Below, piece after piece: positions 1 to 7,997 of a stretch of DNA of 59,659 nucleotides. This stretch comes from a virus (taxonomy: Duplodnaviria; Caudoviricetes), in IMG/VR virus record IMGVR_UViG_3300027889_000037, positions 1 through 59,659 of that record, one strand, 5' to 3'. How positions within the stretch are numbered: the stretch's first letter is position 1; every line of letters starts with the position of its first letter. The notes below the pieces were generated by a model, which was not told the origin of the DNA, searched no databases, and saw nothing but the letters and a program-made list of their open reading frames with translations. The translations under genes were made by a program, and so were the position numbers.

Positions 1-651
1 AATGGTCTAGCTTCTCTCGCACTCACGCCGTCGCCAGTACAGATGATCGGCCAAGTCCCGCCACTCGAACAGCAGGGCCTCACGATTGCAACTGGCCCAG
101 TCAAGGAACGCATCGACGACAAATTGTTTGCAACCTACCGCGACAACCTCCACAACATCCGCTTAGGCAACTGGAAACTTCCCGACACCCTGTTCCACCG
201 CGACCAAAATGGTGGCTACACCATCTTCGCCCATCAGATCGGTGCCATTGGCGGCCACTACCAGGGTAAGTGGAAGCTGAAAGATGCCCCCGGCTTCGGC
301 CCGTTCGGCTGGATAGCAGACAGCGAGCAGGAGGACTTCGACCCACGCATCTTCATTCCCGTCGCCGGCCCGTGCGAGGTCATGGTCTCGGGTGGCTCGG
401 TTGGCGGTCAGGTTGAGATTGTGGACGAGCAATCCGGTTTCAACGCGCGACCGATCCTGCCTCGCGAGACCGATCAAGGCACCATCGTCTCCGTCAACCT
501 GCCGGGTAACGTCGCGTACCGGACGATTCGCATCAACATGAGTACGCCCGGTTGCGTGTTCTACGGCATTCGAACCCGTGACGAGCAGCCGCGCGTGACT
601 AACTGGAAGTTCGACTGGAATACTTTGCCGCATGGGAGGATGGAGCTATGA
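1..651 (+). CDS. Hypothetical protein, 5'-truncated by window edge
   Basis: Frame 1 is open from base 1 (NGLASLALTPSPVQMIGQ...); stop overlaps next start. Confidence 0.7.
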   Translation, partial: NGLASLALTPSPVQMIGQVPPLEQQGLTIATGPVKERIDDKLFATYRDNLHNIRLGNWKLPDTLFHRDQNGGYTIFAHQIGAIGGHYQGKWKLKDAPGFGPFGWIADSEQEDFDPRIFIPVAGPCEVMVSGGSVGGQVEIVDEQSGFNARPILPRETDQGTIVSVNLPGNVAYRTIRINMSTPGCVFYGIRTRDEQPRVTNWKFDWNTLPHGRMEL

Positions 652-1035
652 GCCTTTTTACGCGGATGGCCTGCGGCGAATGTGGTATTGAATTCGATGT
701 GCCGGAACATTTTTACAAAGAGAGAAAAGAGAACGGTAAAGGTTGGTACTGTCCGAATGGCCACTCTCGCGTGTTCCGAGAATCCGATCTGGATAAAATG
801 CGTCGCGAGCGCGATCAAGCCAAGCAGCAGTTGGCTCGTGTTGAGGAAGAAAAGCGTCTTGAATTTGGCGGCTAAGGAGCGCGAGATTAAGCGTATGAAG
901 AAGCGCTCGGCAGCGGGGACCTGCCCCTGCTGTTCACGAACCTTTTCCAACATGGCAACACACATGAAACGACAACATCCCGATTTCATCCGAGATACGG
1001 GCGCAAAAGTGATTCCGATGAAGGCTGTAAAATGA
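648..1035 (+). CDS. Zn-finger/coiled-coil phage protein split by a +1 frameshift near 864
   Basis: CxxC...CPNGH N-half (648-875) and CPCC...HxxxxH C-half (frame of 682-1035) join if one T of GAATTTGGCG is removed. Confidence 0.7.
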
Positions 1036-2042
1036 AGGTACTCCTGACGGGCGGACTGGGGTTCATCGGAAGGGCGTTTGCGAAACGCTTGCTGGATGCC
1101 GGCCACATAGTAACCATCGTGGACAACATGTATTCCGGTGTCGAGCTGGTCGATTGGATGTTTAAGCCCAACGCCTACGACCCGCAGACCAGATCCGTCC
1201 CCAACCTCCAGCTTATGATCGGCGACTGCCGCAGCTTCTTTGCCAGCGCGCCACCAGGTAGTCTCTGGTCCGCCTCCCGCTTCGACCTGATCATCCACTG
1301 TGCGGCAATCGTCGGCGGTCGGATCAAGATCGAGGACGATCCGCTTGAAGTGGCAACCGACCTTTCCATCGACTCGGAGTTTTTCCGCTGGGTGACCAAG
1401 GCAAATCCATCCCCGAAAGTGGTATATTTCTCATCGTCCGCGGTATATCCGTTGGAGCTGCAAACCCGCGAGAAGCATGTCGCACTGGCCGAAGCTTTCG
1501 TTGACCTCAACCAGAATCGTTGGAGTAAGCCGGATCAGACCTACGGCTTCGTGAAGTTTGCCGGCGAGTACCTGGCGAAGTTCGCGCACGAGAAATATGG
1601 CCTCGACGTTGCGATCTACCGGCCGTTCGGAGGGTACGGCGAAGACCAATCTCTGCACTATCCGTTCCCGAGCATCATCAAGCGCGTCGCGGACGGCGAG
1701 AACCCGGTGATGGTGTGGGGCTCGGGTTATCAGGAGCGCGACTTCATTCACGTCGATGACATCGTGGAGGCGGTGCTGACGACTTACGACAAGCTCAGCG
1801 GTAAGGTGCTGAATCTCGGCACCGGCATCCCGATTTCGTTCTTCAAATTGGCTGAGCTGGTCGTGGACAATTGGCGTACCAGCATGATGGATTCGCCAAG
1901 TGTTCGTAACGATCCTCTCAAACCTGGGGGGGTGTTCAGTCGCGTGGCCGACGTGCATGAAATGCACAAATTCTACAAGCACAAAATTCACTTGCCTGTT
2001 GGTATCAAGCGGGCACTTGACAGGGCCAAAGCGAAGGTGTAG
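1032..2042 (+). CDS. NAD-dependent epimerase/dehydratase (extended SDR)
   Basis: TGGLGFIG Rossmann motif, SSSAVY, YGFVK catalytic YxxxK, WGSGYQERDFIHVDD. Confidence 0.93.
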   Translation: MKVLLTGGLGFIGRAFAKRLLDAGHIVTIVDNMYSGVELVDWMFKPNAYDPQTRSVPNLQLMIGDCRSFFASAPPGSLWSASRFDLIIHCAAIVGGRIKIEDDPLEVATDLSIDSEFFRWVTKANPSPKVVYFSSSAVYPLELQTREKHVALAEAFVDLNQNRWSKPDQTYGFVKFAGEYLAKFAHEKYGLDVAIYRPFGGYGEDQSLHYPFPSIIKRVADGENPVMVWGSGYQERDFIHVDDIVEAVLTTYDKLSGKVLNLGTGIPISFFKLAELVVDNWRTSMMDSPSVRNDPLKPGGVFSRVADVHEMHKFYKHKIHLPVGIKRALDRAKAKV

Positions 2043-2056
2043 TTGATTGAACTACA
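2017..2056 (+). promoter_or_regulatory. Sigma70-type promoter with overlapping inverted repeat upstream of serine recombinase
   Basis: TTGACA(2017)-N17-TAGTTG(2040); TGTAGTT-N5-AACTACA inverted repeat 2038-2056. Confidence 0.6.
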
Positions 2057-2069
2057 TTGGGAGGCGGTG

Positions 2070-2765
2070 ATGTTTTTCATTTACGGCAGGACAAGCACGC
2101 TGGAACAGGCCGAAGCTGGCGCCGTTTCCATTCCCGAGCAGCTTCGCAAAGGCAAGGCGCTGGCGCAACTTCGCGGTGTTGCGGGAAAAGATTGCGTGAC
2201 CTTCGTGGATAAGGGCGTTTCCGGCTCGACGCCGCTCGCCTTTCGCCCGCAAGGTAAGGAGATGCTGGAGGCTGCGCAGCAAGGCGATTGTATTGTTAGT
2301 TCGAAGATGGACCGCCTGTTCCGTTCTGCTATTGATGCGCTCCAGACTGCCGACGATCTCAAGCAGCGCGGTGTTGATCTTATTCTAATCGACGTTTCGG
2401 CCGATCCGGTGACTAGCAACGGCACTGGCAAGCTCTTTTTCTCGATCCTTGCCGTCATGGCCGAGTTCGAGCGCGACCGCATCCGCGAGCGAACCGAGGA
2501 AGGCCGGCGCGGCAAGCGCGCCCGCCGCGGCTTCATGGGTGGTGGCGTGCCGATCGGGTTCAAGGTGCAAGGCAAAGGTCGCGAGGCCCAGCTTGAGGAA
2601 GACGAGCGCGAGCAGGCGGCGATTGCCAAGGCGCGCGAACTGGCCGAGGGTGGTCACGCGCCGGGTCGGATCGGGCGATATCTGACGAAATACTACCCGA
2701 CGAGATCGGGTCGCAAATGGCAATGCGTTCAGGTGCAGCGCATTTTGGCGCGAGTGGAGGCATGA
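2070..2765 (+). CDS. Serine recombinase (resolvase/invertase family)
   Basis: YGRTST catalytic Ser, DKGVSGS, RP, KMDRLFRS, AEFERDRIRERT; GGAGG RBS before ATG 2070. Confidence 0.92.
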   Translation: MFFIYGRTSTLEQAEAGAVSIPEQLRKGKALAQLRGVAGKDCVTFVDKGVSGSTPLAFRPQGKEMLEAAQQGDCIVSSKMDRLFRSAIDALQTADDLKQRGVDLILIDVSADPVTSNGTGKLFFSILAVMAEFERDRIRERTEEGRRGKRARRGFMGGGVPIGFKVQGKGREAQLEEDEREQAAIAKARELAEGGHAPGRIGRYLTKYYPTRSGRKWQCVQVQRILARVEA

Positions 2766-2884
2766 TGAGCGGATTTCCGCGCGCATCTTATTATTTTGCG
2801 CTGTTTTGGGGTTGCATCATGATAGTTGGCGGCTTGGCGGCATTGGTTTTTGCCGTTTCTGTAATTATGCACTAAGGAATAAAA

Positions 2885-4309
2885 ATGGGCGATCGCGCGA
2901 GTTCAATCAAAATGTACAACGCCGCGTTCGACGCGGTGCGCAACCAGAATTACAAGGACTGGGCCACCCACGCTTTCGGTCTCCTGCAATCCGCCTGCAT
3001 CGTCGATCCGACCATGGGGCAGGCGTGGGCCGACAACGCCAATTCCAACGGCGACATCAACCGGCTTCATGCGGCTGTTGCCTGCTACCGCCGCGCGCTA
3101 GACGGCGATCTTGGCACCGACAAGCAGATCGAAGTGCTGTCCAACATCTCCTGGCGCCTCAATCAGCTTGGCGAGCTTGAGGAAGCTCTGAAGTTCGCCC
3201 AGATGGCCGTCGAGCTAGGCCCGCACGAGGCGTACCCGTGGGTGAATCTGTCGCAAGCTCACGGCGCCTTTGGCCAGCGCCTAGCCGCGGTCGAGACGGC
3301 GCGCGAGGGCCATCGCCTCAAGCCCAACGATACCGCGACCCAGTTCAATCTCGCATTTGCGCTCCTGTTCAACGAGGAATACGCTGAGGGCTTCAAGTTT
3401 CTGGAGTCGCGGTTCGAGCATCGGCTGAAGAACTATCTCACCTATCCGTACCCGAAGTGGGAGGGCGAGAAGGACGCGATCGTGTTTCTCGTGGCCGATC
3501 AGGGCATGGGCGATACTCTTAGCTTCGCCCGCTTCCTCGACGCTGCGGCAAAGCGGGCCAAGTACATCCACGCCATGGTGCAACCGGTCCTGCTGCGCGC
3601 GTTCACCGAGGCGTTCGTGCATCTGCCCAACGTGAATTTCACGCCGACCTCGACCTCCTACCCGCCTGCCGATGCATGGACTACGTTCGTCTCGCTGCCC
3701 TACGCGCTCAAACTGACCGATCAAGAGATCAAGGACGCGCCGCATCCGAAGCTCCCGGTCTACGGCATGGCCGACACATGGAAGATGCCGGATATAAAGC
3801 TGCATATCGGCATCGCCTGGGCTGGCTCCGCGTTCAACGATCTCGACAAGTGGCGCTCATTTCCGCTCACTCATTTCCTCGATCTCTACAAGGTGCCCGG
3901 TATCCAGCTTTACTCGCTGCAAAAAGACGAGCGCACCCGAGATTTGAATGATTTTTGCTGCGAATCGCTTGTTCGGGATATGAGCCCGTGGATATCCGAT
4001 GCTGTCGATACAATATCTGTGCTCCAGAAGCTCGATCTTGTCATTTGCGCCGAGTCATTTCTCGCACATATTTGCGGCGCAATCGGCAAGGAGGTGTGGA
4101 TCCCGTATTCGTTCCACGCCCATGATTATCGTCTCGGTCACGACGGCAAATCGATGCTGTGGTACGGCAAGACGCACCGGTTGTTCTTGCAGGATCGCGA
4201 CATGCGGTGGGATAAAGTTTTTCAGCGCATCACACTGGCGCTAAGGGAGAAGGTCAATGGACTTGCCGTTGTTGATCCGCAAGCTAAAAGAAAAGTCGCG
4301 ATACGCTGA
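2885..4309 (+). CDS. TPR-repeat protein with C-terminal GT-B glycosyltransferase-like domain
   Basis: N-terminal TPR helices; DQGMGDTLSFARFL, IGIAWAGS, LYSLQK, LDLVIC motifs typical of TPR-glycosyltransferases. Confidence 0.85.
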   Translation: MGDRASSIKMYNAAFDAVRNQNYKDWATHAFGLLQSACIVDPTMGQAWADNANSNGDINRLHAAVACYRRALDGDLGTDKQIEVLSNISWRLNQLGELEEALKFAQMAVELGPHEAYPWVNLSQAHGAFGQRLAAVETAREGHRLKPNDTATQFNLAFALLFNEEYAEGFKFLESRFEHRLKNYLTYPYPKWEGEKDAIVFLVADQGMGDTLSFARFLDAAAKRAKYIHAMVQPVLLRAFTEAFVHLPNVNFTPTSTSYPPADAWTTFVSLPYALKLTDQEIKDAPHPKLPVYGMADTWKMPDIKLHIGIAWAGSAFNDLDKWRSFPLTHFLDLYKVPGIQLYSLQKDERTRDLNDFCCESLVRDMSPWISDAVDTISVLQKLDLVICAESFLAHICGAIGKEVWIPYSFHAHDYRLGHDGKSMLWYGKTHRLFLQDRDMRWDKVFQRITLALREKVNGLAVVDPQAKRKVAIR

Positions 4310-4493
4310 ATTGGCGTGGCAGGACGAGCGCAAGCCCGAATTCCTCGATCTGCACATTGTTCTGAAAGAGGCTGCGGAGCGGTTGTGCTATCCACCGCCC
4401 CTTATGGTTTCTGAAGGGATGGATGACGGGATTCTACACAACTACCGAGCGGTGGGCTACATTCACTACGGACCAGATGCCCCAAACCGTTGA
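4257..4493 (+). CDS. Hypothetical protein
   Basis: ORF with GGAG RBS bridging two genes of the operon. Confidence 0.55.
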   Translation: MDLPLLIRKLKEKSRYAELAWQDERKPEFLDLHIVLKEAAERLCYPPPLMVSEGMDDGILHNYRAVGYIHYGPDAPNR

Positions 4494-5289
4494 CATCAAT
4501 TTCGAGATCAACAAGCGCAAGTTTGCGTTCAAGATGACGCATGACCCGTCGTCCCTGCCCGACCGCGACATGATGCTGTGCATGGACCAGTTCGGTTGTC
4601 CCGAGCCCGAGGTCATGCATCTTCTGGTCCGCGTTTTTCGCCCCGGCGACTTCGCGATTGATGGTGGCGCCAACATTGGCTTCTTCACCATCGTCATGTC
4701 GAAGCTCGTCGATACGAACGGCATTGTGTTGGCGGTCGAACCGGGTGAGAACAACCTGCCCAAGCTGCGCGATAATCTCAAGCTCAACGGTCTAAAGAAC
4801 TTCGAGATTTGCAACCGTCCACTCTGGTCCTCCAACGAGGACGTAACGCTGCACTACAGCCAGCACGGCGGCATGAACTCGCTGAGCGCTCACCAGCCGA
4901 TGATGGGCAAGAAAATCCTGCAAGGCATCACGTTGAGTACGTGGCACACCACGCCACGCTTGATCAAGCTGGACATCGAGGGTGCCGAGGAACACGCATT
5001 GCGCGGCGCGCAGAAGCATCTGGTCAATGGCGTGCCTTACATTGTCTGTGAGTTGAACCTACCGGCGCTTAAGGGCCTCGGCTCGACCCAGGAGTCGCTC
5101 CGCAAGTTCATGCGCGAGTGGGGCTACTCAACCTTCATTCTGTTCCGCGATGGGCAACTGCCCTGCCTGATCCCGGAGAAGACCCAGATATTCGAGGCTG
5201 AGGACTACAATGGCACAGTTAACGTGCTATTCTCGACGGTCGAGGCGGTGAGCAATGTGTGGCCGAGAGCGGTGTTGAGATATGCCTGA
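4477..5289 (+). CDS. FkbM-family SAM-dependent methyltransferase
   Basis: IDGGANIGFFT, AVEP, LIKLDIEGAE motifs. Confidence 0.92.
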   Translation: MPQTVDINFEINKRKFAFKMTHDPSSLPDRDMMLCMDQFGCPEPEVMHLLVRVFRPGDFAIDGGANIGFFTIVMSKLVDTNGIVLAVEPGENNLPKLRDNLKLNGLKNFEICNRPLWSSNEDVTLHYSQHGGMNSLSAHQPMMGKKILQGITLSTWHTTPRLIKLDIEGAEEHALRGAQKHLVNGVPYIVCELNLPALKGLGSTQESLRKFMREWGYSTFILFRDGQLPCLIPEKTQIFEAEDYNGTVNVLFSTVEAVSNVWPRAVLRYA

Positions 5290-5800
5290 CAATATTTCGG
5301 ACGATGAGTTCACCTGTTTGGAGATCATGTCGCGCGGCGAAGCGATGCTGGCGATCAGCCGTTGGGAAAGGCCGTTGAAAAACCTTGCTGCTAAAGGAAT
5401 GGCTGATCCCCAAGATGGATTCAATTACATCATTACCGAGAAGGGCCGGGCGGCACTGGGTGGCCACAAGCAAGAGGTTGACACCGACTGGGCAAATTCT
5501 TTCATCAAGGTGAATAACACGCGCTATTTCGAGCGCACGTCGAAGGCAAAGCCGGCTGGCGCCTACGTTATTGAAGGCGTATTATTTTTTAAGCTGTTGG
5601 ACGGCTCGACGCTGACGTGCAACTGCATTAAAGACCCTTACGCTTCCAAGATCGTGGAGTTGTTCAATGGTCGTAACGCTGGTCAAGAACGACCCGGATT
5701 CCCAGTGGTTCCACAGTTATCCAGACCGGCAGAGCCACATTCGGAATCCGATCAAGATTCTGATGACGGACAAGCAAAGGGGGACTCACTACGTCGATGA
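5282..5800 (+). CDS. Hypothetical protein (N-terminal winged-helix-like)
   Basis: LxxKGM...YIITEKGRAAL pattern; coupled to upstream gene. Confidence 0.6.
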   Translation: MPDNISDDEFTCLEIMSRGEAMLAISRWERPLKNLAAKGMADPQDGFNYIITEKGRAALGGHKQEVDTDWANSFIKVNNTRYFERTSKAKPAGAYVIEGVLFFKLLDGSTLTCNCIKDPYASKIVELFNGRNAGQERPGFPVVPQLSRPAEPHSESDQDSDDGQAKGDSLRR

Positions 5801-6023
5801 ATTGGCCGGCGAGTTCTGGTCGCTCGGCGACCACAACAAGGATCGTCGCCGCATCCTGCTGTGGAAGGTGCCGCCGGACAATCCGTTCTACGATCCGAAG
5901 AAGCCTGCGATTTTGAAGGTGCCATTTTTACTCTTTGGAGATGAAAGTGTGGAGGACACAGATGCCGTGCTCCTCCCCATTTTACATGAAATTATGACCG
6001 ACGCTGCGAGGAAAACGCGATGA
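5667..6023 (+). CDS. Hypothetical protein
   Basis: GGAG RBS, ATGA overlap with next gene. Confidence 0.65.
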   Translation: MVVTLVKNDPDSQWFHSYPDRQSHIRNPIKILMTDKQRGTHYVDELAGEFWSLGDHNKDRRRILLWKVPPDNPFYDPKKPAILKVPFLLFGDESVEDTDAVLLPILHEIMTDAARKTR

Positions 6024-6232
6024 CCTGGGAAAAATCAGTCTACTCGACGATGGCCAGTTCCATCGGCTACGATGCCGAGAAGGAAGAAATGTACGTGACC
6101 TGGGCCAACGGTCGCGTGTCGATCTACTCGGGCGTGCCGGAAGGTGTCGCGCTGGAGGCGTCCACCGCGGCCTCGGTCGGGCAGTTTCTCAATTCGGAGG
6201 TGAAGCCAATCTATGCCCACCGATACGGCTGA
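6020..6232 (+). CDS. KTSC domain protein
   Basis: STMASSIGYD...YSGVP...SVGQFLNSEVK...Y matches KTSC pattern. Confidence 0.85.
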   Translation: MTWEKSVYSTMASSIGYDAEKEEMYVTWANGRVSIYSGVPEGVALEASTAASVGQFLNSEVKPIYAHRYG

Positions 6233-6458
6233 GCCTTTCGCCAAGATGGCGGAACGGATTGTTCATAATACCGGTGCGACCTTCGGCGGCGCTTGCGTGA
6301 TCGTGCCTCCGGGCGAGACTACGCCGATCGAGATGTATGTTCTCGACTCGGCGCAGGATCCCGGTCAGTTCTGGTCCACTTTGAAGACCCGCATCGAGAT
6401 GGCGATCTTGGAGATCGACACTAAGAAGCGGATGGAGATGGGCTACGGCCGGCGCTAG
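6213..6458 (+). CDS. Hypothetical protein
   Basis: GGAGG RBS, overlaps KTSC gene. Confidence 0.7.
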   Translation: MPTDTAEPFAKMAERIVHNTGATFGGACVIVPPGETTPIEMYVLDSAQDPGQFWSTLKTRIEMAILEIDTKKRMEMGYGRR

Positions 6459-6910
6459 ACCGCTGCTGGGTTCGGCGCCGGCTGTCCGGAAAATATGCCT
6501 CCCGCGGGCTTGACCGGTTCGACAACCGGTTTCTCGGCTGCCAGCGGCAATACCGGCTTCGGCGCTTCGGCACGCTTCCACATCTTGGAGCCAACTGCAC
6601 CCTCGACCGCGGTAACGCGCTTCTCCAATTCCTCGACCTTCTTGGCATCGGCCGCCGGCTGGGCGACGACGGTGGCGAGCTGCTCGGCGTGGGTCTGGCG
6701 GTCCTGGGCGAGCGAGCCGATCGAGACGCCATGTGATTTCGTTTCGGCGTCCAGTGTTGAGATCGCCTGCCTGGTGCCGAGACTGGCGGCTTCGAGGTTT
6801 TTGATGCGCTCGTTCTGTTCGGTCACGATATCAAGAACTTGCAGCATGGTGGGGGATTCGAAATTTTCGGCTTTGAGGGCGGCGATACCGTCCTCGAATT
6901 TGGTCGGCAT
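6455..6910 (-). CDS. Coiled-coil hypothetical protein
   Basis: AAGGA RBS, heptad-rich sequence, convergent with upstream operon. Confidence 0.7.
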   Translation of the reverse strand: MPTKFEDGIAALKAENFESPTMLQVLDIVTEQNERIKNLEAASLGTRQAISTLDAETKSHGVSIGSLAQDRQTHAEQLATVVAQPAADAKKVEELEKRVTAVEGAVGSKMWKRAEAPKPVLPLAAEKPVVEPVKPAGGIFSGQPAPNPAAV

Positions 6911-7037
6911 GGGGTTTCCTTTTCGGGGTTATAGCTTTGGGTCTTCGTCAACGCGCGGAATGCTTTTTGGTTCCGGGAACTTATTTCAAACTGCTGCGTT
7001 GTCCGACGCGCGCCTTGTGGGCGCAGGAGTTAACGTC

Positions 7038-7256
7038 ATGGCCGGCATTGCACTCGATCTGCTTTGGGCACTGTTTTGGATTATCGTCTGCGCAGGCGTT
7101 CTTTTTCTCTTTATCTATGGGATCAAAACCTACGTTTATCCTATCCCGCCTCGCCTCGAAGGTGGCATCTGGTTTCTGTTCCTCATTCTTTGCCTGATCG
7201 CCACGATCACCATTTTTGCCGGTGGGGGTGGCATGCACATGCCGTCCTTTCGGTAG
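7038..7256 (+). CDS. Small two-TM membrane protein
   Basis: AGGAG RBS, MAGIALDLLWALF... two hydrophobic helices. Confidence 0.7.
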   Translation: MAGIALDLLWALFWIIVCAGVLFLFIYGIKTYVYPIPPRLEGGIWFLFLILCLIATITIFAGGGGMHMPSFR

Positions 7257-7358
7257 CCGCGAGAGCCGCGTAGCGCCCATCCCGCCTGACAGGGAACCCT
7301 TGCCGAGTATCTGTCGGGGGTGTTGACTTTCAATTAAGTTAAATGCTAGTCATGCGAG

Positions 7359-7997
7359 ATGGCACGCGCCAATCTCACCGGGCGGTCTTTTGGCCGCTGG
7401 CAAGTTATTGCTTTCCACAGTACTATAAAAGAGCGGGCGCGCTGGACGTGCCGCTGCTCCTGTGGAACTGAGCGTATTGTTACTGCTGGTGCTCTTAACT
7501 CGGGAAGATCGCAAAGCTGTGGGTGCGCGCGGAACGAAAAGCTTAGTCAGATGCGAACTACGCACGGCGCGTCTATGGCGCCAACGCTTACCTTGCGCTC
7601 ATATTATTCCATGATTAGCCGTTGTTATTGCGAAGGAAGCACTCAGTTTGAGTGGTACGGAGAGCGTGGAATTATGGTTTGTCGTCGCTGGCGCGGCAAA
7701 AATGGGTTCGCGAATTTTCTAGCGGACATGGGCGAGCGTCCGTCTAAGAAACACACCATTGATAGGCGTGACCCAAATGGTAACTATACTCCTAAGAATT
7801 GTCGCTGGGCCACGTGGAAAGAGCAGCAACGCAATCGGCGGAATACAATTTTTGTGGAAGTTGGTGGCCAGAAAGTTAGCCTGAAAGAAGCGTGTGAAAC
7901 AGCGGGCGTTAATTATATGCGGACGTGGGAACGTGTAATGCGTAAGAATTGGAATATTGAAGACGCCTTGCGGGTTCCAGCTTTTGGTAGGCCATAA
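7359..7997 (+). CDS. HNH homing endonuclease
   Basis: CRCSCG, SCGC, YGERGIMVC, TIDRRDPNGNYTPKNCRWATWKEQQRN. Confidence 0.9.
   Translation: MARANLTGRSFGRWQVIAFHSTIKERARWTCRCSCGTERIVTAGALNSGRSQSCGCARNEKLSQMRTTHGASMAPTLTLRSYYSMISRCYCEGSTQFEWYGERGIMVCRRWRGKNGFANFLADMGERPSKKHTIDRRDPNGNYTPKNCRWATWKEQQRNRRNTIFVEVGGQKVSLKEACETAGVNYMRTWERVMRKNWNIEDALRVPAFGRP

Noticed and set aside
6495-7037. N-terminal extension of ORF 6495-7256
   Set aside because: Shadow of 6455-6910; the real gene starts at 7038 after AGGAG
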